Notes: generated by a model from the sequence alone, not told the origin. A stretch of 64,000 bases of DNA from Epiperipatus broadwayi (GCA_028023455.1 JAQFVV010000006.1:1364001-1428000), one strand, 5' to 3'. Shown: positions 38,821 through 50,900, counted from the stretch's first letter. Numbers and translations are program-made.

Positions 38821-39071
38821 TTTTCTCAATGGATTGATTAGATAGGTTATGTGCAAATTTATTAAATGATTCTAGACAGCCTATAACTTTTTTTGAAGTA
38901 ACCATTGTTATTTCTTATTTTCTTCTACTTCTTTTGCATTTATTATTAATATAATTAAATAAATAAAACATTTTTTTATACATTTTTTAAATGCAAAATC
39001 TGGTCATTATTATTATTTGGTGGACAATGGTTTGACTGCATGTACGTGTTACAGACTGCATAAATATTATA

Positions 39072-39109
39072 GCTCTGATGAAGACTGCTGGATAATCGAA
39101 ACTGTTAGC
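39072..39109 (+). ncRNA. F2 minimal hammerhead motif, sense to DDX55 intron 1
   Basis: GCT-CTGATGA-A-GACTG-CTGGA-TAATC-GAAAC-T-GTT-AGC; 3-bp stem I, partly mismatched stem II. Confidence 0.6.
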
Positions 39110-40839
39110 CCCAAAATAATAATAAAAGCAAGATTCTTCATTTAAAAGTATATAAAGAAAAGATAATTTTATTTGTATTAAAGTCTAATATGTTAATGAT
39201 TGTTATGTATATGAATTTGAGGATTATTTCTTCATAAATATTACATATTCCCAGTGCTATATATTTAATAAGAATTATTTATTTACATGGTTATTAAAAA
39301 TAAAAGGCTACTTATATATGCGACTAATCAAACCTTTCAGATTTCTCAAAAGCATGTAACAAATCTTAACTAATTTGATATGTTACTTATTTAGAGGACT
39401 GCATCACAAATTTCAAAAATTTGATTGATTATAAATATTTATCAGGTGCAATTAGCAATTCATTATATACATATTAAATTTTTCACAGATATTAATATGA
39501 TGGACAATAATAATTAAAAGGTTGTATCCATGTAAAGAGGGATAACTTTTTACTTTTTGATGTTGCCAGGAAACCATCAATTACTAATTCACAGACCTGA
39601 GAATAAACACATTTTCTCTATGAATCTATACAATAGCTCTTTTGTCCTAAACCCAAGTTGTTATAAGGATTTAAACCTGGACAACTGTTTTTTTTTTTAT
39701 AGATATGAGAATGCAGATTATAAAAAAGATACCTATCCAGGTTTAACATCTTATCACAATTTGGGTTTGAAGTAGAAGAAAATCTTACATCATCTTATCC
39801 TAGCACAAGAGCTATTACGTAGGTTAATAGAGAAAACTTGTTGATCCTCAGGTCTGTCAATTAGTAATTGATAATTTCCTGGCAACATCAACAAGTAAAA
39901 GGTTATCTCTGTTTACATAGATATAATTATTGTTTATATATATATATATATATATATATTGTACAAAATTATAGAAAGTTGCTATTTATGTTCTAATATT
40001 ATGTGACTTTAATGAGACTGGTCTTTTAAATTCCAACTTAAAATGCAACTCACGTTGACAATCATACTATACTATATATGTGTATATATGAGTTGACTAT
40101 ACTTTTTATTTAGGAATTCATATTTTGAAAATAGAGCTAATTCATGTTTTGTTTAATATATACATATATTATAATTAGAAAAAAAATCTCACTGCTTTAT
40201 TACTGTTCTACCTGAAACGTAGATATTATGGTTGATTAATCTTTTTATACTTGATATCACTTATCTGTATTTAAGATGGATATCGCAAGCTCAGATAATT
40301 ATATATAATCTCTACACATATGAATATTGATTATATATATAATAATAAACAGCCATTCAGAAATGAGTATGTTCGATCTCCCAAAAAAAAAAAAAAAGAA
40401 AGTGGGGGAGGGGGATACTCTAAAAATGAGTTTTGCAGTGATTGTACGAATTAATCTGTGAACCATAAATATGTCCACATATAGACCATCCTGGTCTAAT
40501 TTTCTGTTTAGTTGATATTTTACAATGTTTATCTTTTAGTTTACTCAGAACTTTTCTTTATGAAATGCTTAAATATCATGTCCACTTGTAGCTCTCTAAT
40601 GTATTCTATTCTCTGCCATATCTTCCCAATAAAAAAAAACACACACACATGACTTTATTTCTGGGGAGTTCATAAGAAGTTCAAGCGCCAGACCTGAGAG
40701 CAGCAGAATCAATCCTGGGATCTCCTAATCCCATATCGGATATTCTGCATCCAAATTATGCAGGGTATCCTCCCAATGGAAACAATTGACATTGCACTTC
40801 TTTAGAAGATTTTTGAGAAATTCTTATAACTGGATCTAT

Positions 40840-43700
40840 ATCTCAAACCCATGTTCAAGTTCATCATAAAACAAAATCTTCCATTGATCTTCCGTTTTAC
40901 ATGTCCATTCCAACAAAGATGGGATTTTGCAGTAGTGGACTCTATAGTATCACATCCTGCAAGCTAAAAAAGCTAGTCTTTAAATGAAACTTTTCTAATG
41001 CCCTTCTAGAAGTGTCCAATTTTCACAGCCATACAATAAATTAGATAAAATAACATCTTTATATATAGCTAACTTTATTGCAGTAGTTCTTGCTCTATGA
41101 TGAAACATTTCATCTTTTAACTTGAGAAAAGCACAGCAGCGGATTAGAATCGTAGATCTCAATATCTACGTCTGTATCTAATTATAAAACTACCAAGATA
41201 TTTAAACTGGTTAACATTCTCAAGTTGATAACCATTCAAGCCGAAATTTGCTGAGGATTTTTCTTCTGCCACTGGCTGATAAAGTATTTGGAGTTTTTTT
41301 TTGAATACTAACTAACAAATCAAGATCTTCCTAAGTTGAATTCAAAATCTTAATTATTTTGTAGATCATATTTTGAACTGGCAAAAATAGCACAATTATT
41401 AGAATACCATAAATTCAGAATCCAAGAAGATGAAGTTCTTGATTTTTGCTTTTAACCAATTCAAATTAAATATTTCACCAATAAATCTGTATCGTATGCT
41501 GATCTCTATCTAATTTAAGCCACCTTATAAACAATTCCATGACCACTGTCATATGTTGGAACCAATATACATCCTTGTTTAACACCAGTTTTCATTTCAA
41601 GTGCTTCAGATTCCCCATTTGTAGTAGTAATTCTTGCTGTCTGTTCGTCATGTAGAAGCTGTATAATGCGAATAAATTTTGGTGTATGACCAACTAATTT
41701 TAAACAATGCCACAAACCTGTCCTATTAATTGATTCAAATGCTTTGACCAAATCAATAAAAGCAATATATAAATCATTTTTTTCTTCCCAACCCCTTTTT
41801 TTTTGCTTTTGCCTAGCAACAAAAATCATACCTATAGTGTTTCTTGACACCATAAAACCACATCAAATCTCTGGTAGCCATTCATCTATCCATTCAACAG
41901 AAGTTCTTGAAAAACTTCTGCTGCAATGGGTAATTTGATAATTACTGCGATCTTGCCTAGTCCCATTGTTTTTAAAAAGTGGAACAATAAAAGCATTCTT
42001 AAGATCACATGGCAACAACTTCATGAGTCTAGATATGTCTAAAAAATTCCAATATTTTTGAAGCTAACATATCACCATATTTTAAATCTTCTCCAGGTAT
42101 TTCATCAAGACCTGCAGTCTTTTCGATTTTAAGATTACAAAAAACTGTTTTGACTTCATTAAGTTGGATATCTTTGTCCAAATCTTAATAAGTAGATAAA
42201 ATGGATATACCATTAAAAATCATTATATCACTTTTTGTCTCATTTTTCAAAAGGTAATCAAAATGCACTTTTGATCTGTTCAAAATATCATTATCATCAT
42301 CTAAGAGAGTGCCTTTGCTGGATTTAATAGAATTGTGATATCATTTCTCAGATCCATATATTGCTTTTAATTCATCAAGAACAAAAAGAATCTAAAATGA
42401 TTATGATATATCTTCTTTGTGGTTTTAATCCATCAATCTTTTTTTTTTTAAGTCTTGTCAATCATTGAACGTCCGTTTTCAAATCTTCTAAAGATCCACA
42501 TTTACCAAGTAGAGAATACCACTTTTTTTTTTAAAATTAAATCACCCATAATATGATCATTGTCAAAAAACTCCTTATGGTATTTTTTTTTAGTGAACCC
42601 AGGAATAGATTTATATGTATCCATAACACACTTCTTAAGAGAATTCCATGCTTCAGTAATATGACAGTTCTGAAGATTCAAATTAAAAATTTTACTATAT
42701 AATGTGTTGAAATTTAGTACATATAGTATAAATGAACATTAATTTTCTTGTGAATATGATTGGAATAATAATATTTTTTAATACAACTATCATTTTAATC
42801 TTAGATCATCATGATTTTGTGATCTATCCAACAGTCTGATCTTATGTGTGATCATATAATATGACCTCTTGTATTCTGATTCCTAACAATAACATAATCG
42901 AATAAATGCCATTATTATTAGCGTAAATGCATCCATATTTTTTTGTCAGTTTTTCTGCCTAAATAATGTTTCTAACAGTCAATCCAAGTGTAGTGCATAA
43001 ATTCAATAATAATTAATTTAAATTTATGGCCCAACACCATTATGTCCAATAACTTTTGGCCAAGTCTAATATTTGTATCAATACATGCATTAAAGTCTCC
43101 ACAAAGAAAAATTGTATCTTTTAATGTTATTGTATTAATGCTATCCAACAAAAGAAATAAAAACTGGCCTTCTGTGAAATCGCTGAATCTAAGATTGGAG
43201 CCCAGGCATTTATAAAATCACCCCTAGAACATTAACCTTTTATTAATACACTGAGAAATTCCATTAAGCTGAGCACTGATTGTATATATGTGTGGAGATA
43301 GTAATCTGGACCAACTGATGATTGCTGGGTTAGCATGAAACACGTATATTGATGATTATTTATCTTTTCAACATGCATGTGATCAGGTGGGTCAGCAATA
43401 TGAGATGGCATGGAGAGTTGAGGGTCGTGTAAAGTCTGAGTTTGAATCCCACATACTTTACATATATATATATATATATGCAGGTTTAAGTCTGTATGGT
43501 GTATTAATTTAAATTAGCTTTGATGGCAAATCCAAAACCATTCATTTTTCTTTCACTGACTGACCAGCCTTTCCAAAAAAAAAATGTATCCCATCTGTTC
43601 TAATAAACTTCCTTCCTCTGGGAGACAAATTTCGCTTAGTCACAAGTGAAGTCCTCCGTAAAGTTCACATATTCCATTTACCTATATTTAGAAAAAAATT
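40840..43700 (-). mobile_element. Near full-length decayed RTE-clade LINE, interrupted at about 43250-43490
   Basis: ORF 41515..41853 has FIDLVKAFES and GVKQGCIL. LLYGCENW near 41030, GHV.RME..R..K.IFY near 40880, and GKWN..TL endonuclease start near 43670. Confidence 0.9.
43311..43351 (+). ncRNA. F4 minimal hammerhead motif, in an insertion nested in the RTE
   Basis: CCAA-CTGATGA-T-TGCT-GGGTT-AGCA-T-GAAAC-ACGTAT-A-TTG; near-palindromic stem III ACACGTAT. Confidence 0.55.
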
Positions 43701-44889
43701 AGATTTATATTTGTGATGCTTACCTTTAGTACTACCATGGCTTCTTAATACATTACTACTGTTATTATTCTTAATATTTTTTATTATTTCTGCTGCGGAA
43801 ATGAGTAATCCAGCAAGCATGACAAGCTAGCCAGAAACACCATTTTTAGATCATATTTTCTAGGCCCTTCTGTTTTTGTGGTAGGCTAGGTGAGGGATCC
43901 TTTAGAAGAGCTGTCTAAACATAAAATTTTTGCCAGATGAAATTCCCTATCTTACTTAAATCCTTTTTAAACTATCTCATTAATTGGACTGCCTCATGCA
44001 AAGATCACAACTACGGACTACCAATCTACTAAGTCTGTCCCTGTAAGTGCTTTTTTCATTCTTAAGGGCTTGAATTAAAAAAAAAGAAATATTGGAGTTA
44101 GAAATGCTGCGCATGTAGTTAAAGAATAGAAATGATATTGCATAAACCTATAATCCCATAGTCACACTTATAAAATATCTGATGGCAACAGAGACTCACG
44201 ATGTCTGGGCCTTACAATAACTTAAGTGACTGAGGAAGGAAAACATGGAATCTGAAAAGATAGTTTGTATCCAAACAATATCTGTGTTTTGATGAAGGAA
44301 CATCTTATCCTAATGAGATATCAGGTGCTCTCGATCTGCACTGTTTATTTGATATTCATACTCAATATCTAAAAGCCATTCCATTATTCACCAGCTGTGA
44401 TACCCCATCTGTAGTCTGAATACAGCATCCAACTATGTATGTAGTAAACTATTGAGTGCACATAACTTATTGGTTATTATGCGTTAATCACATCATCTCA
44501 GCCAATGCTTAAAATTAATCAATAGTATACAAGCAAGCTGTTTTTAAGGCAACAATTATTGTTTATCTGACTGCTGCGCTGACATGCAGATTGCTGATAA
44601 ACTATTGGTTTATTTTAGGGTGATGCGATTTATTTATATATTTCTTTTTATAGGACAAAATATTATTCATATGCCTAATTTGAAATAATCATTTGCCATT
44701 TTATAAATTAAACAACAGTTTTCTTCTAATTTTATCTCCGCACATTGAAAGACTTGCGTTTCTACTGAAACAATCTTATTTCTTGATATTATCAAACAAA
44801 CATATATATACATGGATGAATCCAAAATGTGTATACATCTGTATATTGATAAAAAATCAAGTCAGATGACCTAATTTTAATAAAGCTCC

Positions 44890-45385
44890 TATTTACAAAT
44901 GTTATATTTAGAGTAAGTTAAAAACAAACTCTTATGAAGCTTCAAAAATACCCTCAACCTCAGACCGCGGTTTCTGCCTCTAGCGTCATCAGTGAGGTGC
45001 TAGGGAATAAAAATACTAGAACTAGTCCAGCATTTTATCAATGCCTAACTATTGAGAAGAAAATCTGAAACTTTCAGACATTTAAATGTCCAAAAATCCA
45101 GCTATCTAACTCAAATAGCAGTATGGGACTGAACTAAGTTCAGATACACCATGTATTAACTTAGTTCAGTCCCATACTGCTATTTGAGTTAGATAGCTGG
45201 ATTTTTGGACATTTAAATGTCTGAAAGTTTCAGATTTTCTTCTCAATAGTTAGGCATTGATAAAATGTGGATAGTTCTAGTATTTTATTTACACCTCATG
45301 ATGTAGAGGAGAAAGGGTTGAGGTTGAGGGTATTTTGAGTTATAAGAGTTTGTTTTTAACTTACTCTATATATAACATCTGTATA
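44890..45385. repeat. Fold-back with a perfect 110-bp inner inverted repeat (45031-45140 / 45158-45267) and diverged outer arms
   Basis: Base-by-base comparison of the inner arms shows no mismatch; 17-nt loop. Confidence 0.95.
44957..44998 (-). ncRNA. F3 type I minimal hammerhead motif, intact
   Basis: Minus: ACCTCA-CTGATGA-CGCTAGAGGCA-GAAAC-CGCG-GTC-TGAGGT; perfect 6-bp stem I, palindrome ACCGCGGT, GUC triplet. Confidence 0.8.
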
Positions 45386-45784
45386 TATATACGATACTAA
45401 AATAACATTCAACTCTCATACATAAATTATTATTGTCAGAATAATTGGGCCATACAACTTAATTTTTCTTTAACTCATTTTACTTTCAAATATCTATTAT
45501 CTTTTTTCTTATTACTAATTAGATTGTTATTCATGGATTTAACAATTCATGAATGTGTTTTGATTTAGCATGTACAGTGTATAGATCAAAATACTCTGTC
45601 CTTAGAAATATTTAGGCTATTGTTGTGGTGTTTCGTTCACTTTTCACAGTACTTTCAATAATGCTTCTGCTACATTTCTTAAATGACATGATCTTTACAA
45701 TTGTCCATTACATATATTTGATAAAAGCTATTTAATTTTTTTTATTATTTATTGTAATTATAGATTCTTAATTAATTATTGCAG

Positions 45785-45919
45785 GCTGCCTGTATTCCTT
45801 TATTTATGCAAAACAAAGATGTTGCCGTTGAAGCAGTGACAGGAAGTGGCAAAACATTGGCTTTTGTAATTCCACTATTAGAAATCTTACTAAGGCAAGA
45901 AGGACTGAAAAAGAAAGAA
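45785..45919 (+). CDS. DDX55: DDX55 coding exon 2 ([45 protein letters not shown]), Walker A/motif I
   Basis: TTGCAG acceptor and GAA|GTAAAT donor, 135 nt, phase 0. [15 protein letters not shown] is characteristic of DDX55/Spb4. Confidence 0.95.
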
Positions 45920-45966
45920 GTAAATACATAGTGTTTTTCTGAAGGTTTGTGATGATGGTGTTCTAG

Positions 45967-46527
45967 CTGTATTTTTATATTGGACTATTTCCATCATCTA
46001 ATATGTGTGTTGAATGTCTTTAGAAAAGTTTAATTTTTAGTTAAATATTCCAAATGCATTCAACTGTTAGTAATATCACAGCTAACAGGTTAGTATATGC
46101 ACCAACTGTTAGTAATATCACAGCAAACAAATGTTAATAATATCACAACAAACAGGTTAGTATATGCACTAACCGTTAGTAATGGCTCAGTTGATTAGAG
46201 CGTTACCTTAAATTTCAATAATCAAGAATCTAAGGACCCAGGTTCGAATCCCATGCTAGTACTGTCACTGGTCAGGCCAGCAACACCTGAAGAAGAGGGG
46301 AGAAAAATACCTCTCGAAACGTTGTGTGTATACTAACCTGTTTGCTGTGATATTTACTAACGGTTAGTGCATATACTAACCTGTTTGCTGTGATATTATT
46401 AACATTTGTTTGCTGTGATATTACTAACAGTTGAATGCATTTGGAATATTTAACTAAAAATTAAACTTTTCTAAAGACATTCAACACACATATTAGATGA
46501 TGGAAATAGTCCAATATAAAAATACAG
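45967..46527. repeat. Inverted repeat, perfect over 116 bp (45967-46082 / 46412-46527), with short internal tandem duplications, enclosing the F5 head
   Basis: Direct reverse-complement comparison. Confidence 0.95.
46178..46340 (+). mobile_element. Family F5: tRNA-derived head (A box 46183-46194, B box 46241-46251) followed by hammerhead motif 46283-46327
   Basis: TGGCTCAGTTGA and GGTTCGAATCC; then ACAC-CTGAAGA-AGAGG..CCTCT-C-GAAAC-GTT-GTGT, with 4-bp stem I and palindrome ACGT. Confidence 0.75.
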
Positions 46528-47717
46528 GTAAATACATCTATATATGTGTGTATATATATATTTAGTATGTTACTAGAGTATCACCTTGCTGTCTTGGTTT
46601 ATATACAAGTGGTATTAGGATAATAATTAATGATTTTACTCAAGTTTTTAATAAGTGGCCATAATGTGCATGTATGATTAAATGTTTAAGTTATTAGTTT
46701 TAAATTAATAATAGCTTTACATAATGTCCTACATTTCCTTAATCCTCTTATGTGCTTACTTATATGCTTCAAACAGCTCTTTATTATAAGCGTGAGTAGT
46801 TAATGGACAGCTTTGAATCCTTATGTTTCCTGATGAAGTCAAAAGTCAGAAACCAGTGACGATAACAATTATTTAGCACAATACCTTCTGGTATGCATTA
46901 ATTGCTCAAGCCTATAATAGATGGCTCCAGAGTAGGATGAAGATAACCCTTTTACCTTTAAATTTTTTATTTTGCAAGTTTTGCATTTATATGTGTATTA
47001 TTAACATGTGTTTATGCTGAAACAGATCTGTTATTTGTATTTGTGCTGCCATCTATTATAAGCTTGTTTAATCAATAGTTGCTAGATGATAATGCTCATT
47101 AAATCTTCAGTGTTTTTCTCTTCAATTCTTCAGATTAGTGTCTAGCTTTGGTTTCAAATATTAAAATGCTTTGAATTTCAGACTGGTAGCTCGTGTATTT
47201 AAAAAATGGGTGAAAGGTGCATTTGATGCAGAAGATCCAGATTACTTTTGATGTATGGAGGTCACATGATCTCTCATATGCTTATTTGATTATTTTATTT
47301 ATTTATAATTATTGATAAGTTTCTTAACATCTTATATTTTGTAGGCATTGATAAAATATATAAATAATTAAACAAATCCATTTTTTTTATCATTGTAACA
47401 ATGTTTGTTTTATTTAACTTAAGATAATTTCGACTGATCACTAATCTTCTTCATAATTGAAGTTTTAAACAACATTTTAAAATTAAAATGGATGTATAGC
47501 AAATTACCAATAGGTATTGCATTAAGAAGCATAAAGAACGGCATGCTTGAAGGTTAAGTTGAAGAAAGATTATCTTGAAGAATGTCAGTGCGGGAAAAAA
47601 ACAAATCTTCCAGTGTGAATATAATTCTATATATTTTTAAAAATATACTTAACATTTTTGTAAATGTGATAAAAAAATATTGAAAAAAAAAGATAAATGA
47701 CTCCCAAGATGCTTTTT

Positions 47718-48340
47718 AAAACAGGCAAAACTCTCCACACAGTTGTGCCACTCATTGCAAGTCAGAATAATCAATGGATGCAAGAAGGTGTGTGCATAAA
47801 ATCCCTATCTAGGGCCTAATCAACCAATATCCCCAGACTAGTTTCTAGCTTGTGGCTTTCATCAGTGAGAAGCCTTGGATCTGAGAGCACTGCACCTAGA
47901 TCTAATATCAATCCTGTCTAATAGGATAGTGGTGGCTGTGGTTATTGAAGAGCCAAAGGCACCAAAATATATGGGTACTGAGCTGAGTTTAGACCTATAT
48001 GACTATATAAGCTAATGAGCTTGGATTGAAATTGTGCTTTCAATTTTAGACTCATAGTTTTGCAGTTAAGTAGAAGTAAAAGATGGCTGCTGGAGGGTTG
48101 CATTAGATCTAGGTGAAGTGTTCTCATATCCAAGGCTCCTCACTGATGAAAGCCACAAGCTGGAAACAGAAACTAGTCTGGGGATATTGGGTGAGTAGGC
48201 ACTGGATAGGGATTTTATGCACAAACCTTCTTGCAACCATTGATTACTCTGGCTTGCACTGAGTGGCGCTACTGTATGGAGAGTTTTGCCTGCTTTAACA
48301 GCTTGAGCAAGCATAAAAATGGTGATCGTAAGATGCTTTT
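47718..48340. mobile_element. F1 fold-back: minus partial copy 47718-47904 (intact motif 47830-47871) and plus unit copy 47905-48340 (motif 48137-48184 with a 6-nt duplication)
   Basis: The clearest reference copy of the family; both motifs read directly. Confidence 0.85.
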
Positions 48341-48759
48341 TATATATTATATTTGTATTTTACTTTTTTTTTTTTTTAAAAAAAATTTTCAAATCTTGTA
48401 TTCAGAGAAAATATTGAAAATATTAAATGCAACTTTAAACATTTTAATGCTGAGCCTAATCGTAAAATACAATTGTTAGATCCAATACAATAAGAAACAA
48501 ATATAAAAGTCTATAGGGTCTTTATTTTTCCATTTTCTATTATTAAAGTGACCAAATATTCTTTCATGTAGTAAAAGCACTGTTGATGCTTTAGGTTCTT
48601 AAATGTTGGACTATTTCCAGTTTTTAAAATCAATTGTTAAATGTCTTTAGAGATATTCAAACTTTCTTTTTAAATACATTCATCTGTTAATAATTCCATA
48701 CAAGTTAGTATATAATATAATGTTTTGAGTGATATTCTCCTCTTCCTAAGATTTCCATT

Positions 48760-49228
48760 AAAACATCACATGATCCTCATTTTCTATGCCTGCACAAGCT
48801 GTTAAACAATGGCAAACTCTCTGTACAGGAGTGCGACCCAATGCAAGCCTTAGTAATCAATGGCTGATTAGATTTTAAAAAAAAACTGACACCAAAATGT
48901 ATAGATACTGAACTGGCTTCAGATCTATATGACTATACAAGCTAATGAGCTTGAATTGAAAACATTAATGTGTTTTCCATTTTGGACTCAAAGCTTTACA
49001 ATTAGTTAACAAGGTAAAAGGTGGCTGCTGGAGAGTCGCATTAGATCCTGAGATCTAGATGCAGTGGTCTCAGATACGAGGCTCCTCACTGATGAAAGCC
49101 ACAAGCTAGAAACTAGTCTGGGGATATTGGATGAATAGAGACTAGATAGGATTTTATGCACAAATCTTGCTTCTATTGGTTACTAAAGGTTATACCAGGT
49201 GGCATTACTGTATGGAGAGTTTGCTGTT
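48760..49228 (+). mobile_element. F1 copy with inverted tail (48760-48865) and plus body
   Basis: Homologous to 47960-48290. Confidence 0.8.
49083..49124 (+). ncRNA. F1 type I minimal hammerhead motif, intact core, sense to DDX55 intron 2
   Basis: TCCTCA-CTGATGA-AAGC-CACAA-GCTA-GAAAC-TA-GTC-TGGGGA; 6-bp stem I (one G.U), ACTAGT palindrome, GUC. Confidence 0.8.
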
Positions 49229-49849
49229 TTTCTTCAGATTTCCTGGTCTAATGTTGTGAATCTCGATTACTGAATTTATGTTGATATCTGAATTGACAAG
49301 GCTATTTTGTCAACGAGGACAGTCTGTAAAAGTCATATATTTATCTATGAGGTTCATATTGATTTCTACATTTTTCTTCAAGGCAAAGTTAATCAATGGT
49401 TTCTAAATGTTGTGGATTATGACACGAATTTGACTTATGGAATTATTTTCCATTATTGTGTGAGCAGCTTCTTTAATTTTTTCTTCTTTTTACTTTCACC
49501 TCTCTGTTTATTATTTTTGTCTTTTCTTAATCAAACATATTCATTCATGCATGAATGGTCTGCTATTTTAAAAAGTCTGGTTTTACCTTTTTAATCTTTA
49601 AATAAAATTTGAATATTTCTAAAGATACATCTAGAAATTAATAGATTCAAAGGAGGAAATGTCCAGTTGTTAGTGTCGTGTTAATTCAATGCTAGTAAGA
49701 CGAAAGAATGGTGTTGGCAGATACTATTTCTAACTCATGAATTTTTTAAAATGTGCTTGAACTTGCAAAATCCTTTTAAAACATTAACAAGCTTCAGTCG
49801 ACGAATCAGTCTTAGAAAAAAAATTGAATATACTGATCTCTACTAAGGA

Positions 49850-50900
49850 TAGGCACATTGATAATCAGTGCACAAAAGGAACAATTGACCAATAAATTTT
49901 CAGATGAGACTAGATGCTGTATGAAGAAAAGAAAGAATATGGAAATATTAAAAAAGTAATTAATTTAAAAGAATTAGATAGTAAGAATTCTATGAAGTGA
50001 TATGAAAACGGTTAATGATGGTAAAGTGATATATATATATATCTATGAATTGACAAGAAAAGTTATAGAATAGAATGTAACTATCAAAGATAAAGTTCAT
50101 TATTTTGGTATTTGAAGGAAAACTGTTTCAGCAGTAAGAAGATAGGTGACACTATTCTAAAAAAAAAGGAATGACATTATGAAGCATTTGGAATAGTTCT
50201 ATAAAAAACAAGGGAATAAAGTATCCCCTAAAATTCACAGAAACGGTTGAATTTTTACTGACATTTTAAAACAAGTCCGTGTAGAAGTAGAGAAATTATT
50301 GGCACAAGTTATATATCGAATATATAAATTATAAAAATATACCAGATGATTGGAATCTGTAGTATCGAGAATTTAATGAATATGAAAAGGAAAATAATAA
50401 GTCAATTACAAATCTATCAGTTCTGTCCAAAATCATAATTAAGATCATTACAATTGTCTTCAGACATCTTCGGTTTTAAAACAATGGATCATTTTCAAGA
50501 ATTAGATGTTTCAGAATGAGTATGATTTGCCATTATGCTTTGGATTTGCAAAGTATAAAAAGGGTTTGATTCTATGAGTATTTTTGAAGTTATTAAAGCT
50601 CTAGAACGTGAATTATATAGAACCAGGACATTGCCAAATACTGAAGAATCAAAATTAAACAGCGATGATTAGATTACCTGATGACATTATGGTTAATGTT
50701 GAAAAGGATTTATAAGGTGATTCCATATCACCAAAACTTGTTTGCAGCAGTTTTATATGAAATATGCTGTAGATTAAAATGGGAAGCTAAGGGAATAAAA
50801 ATAAGTAGAAGTAATTCAAATTAATTAAATTTTGCAGAAGATGTGGTTGTTTTTGCAAAAAGTGCTTCAGAGTTATAAGATGAAGGTTACAAAGAAGACT
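49850..50900 (+). mobile_element. Decayed RTE-clade LINE RT fragment
   Basis: EYDLPLCFGFAKYKKGFDSM, G..I.PKL remnant and LNFAEDVVVF motifs. Confidence 0.7.

Noticed and set aside
46178-46258. Functional tRNA gene
   Set aside because: The acceptor and anticodon stems are imperfect, it is fused to a repeat, and decayed homologs exist. Treated as a SINE head.
46825-46862. CTGATGA...GAAAC as an additional ribozyme
   Set aside because: Stem II does not pair and the triplet is GUG, which is not cleavable.
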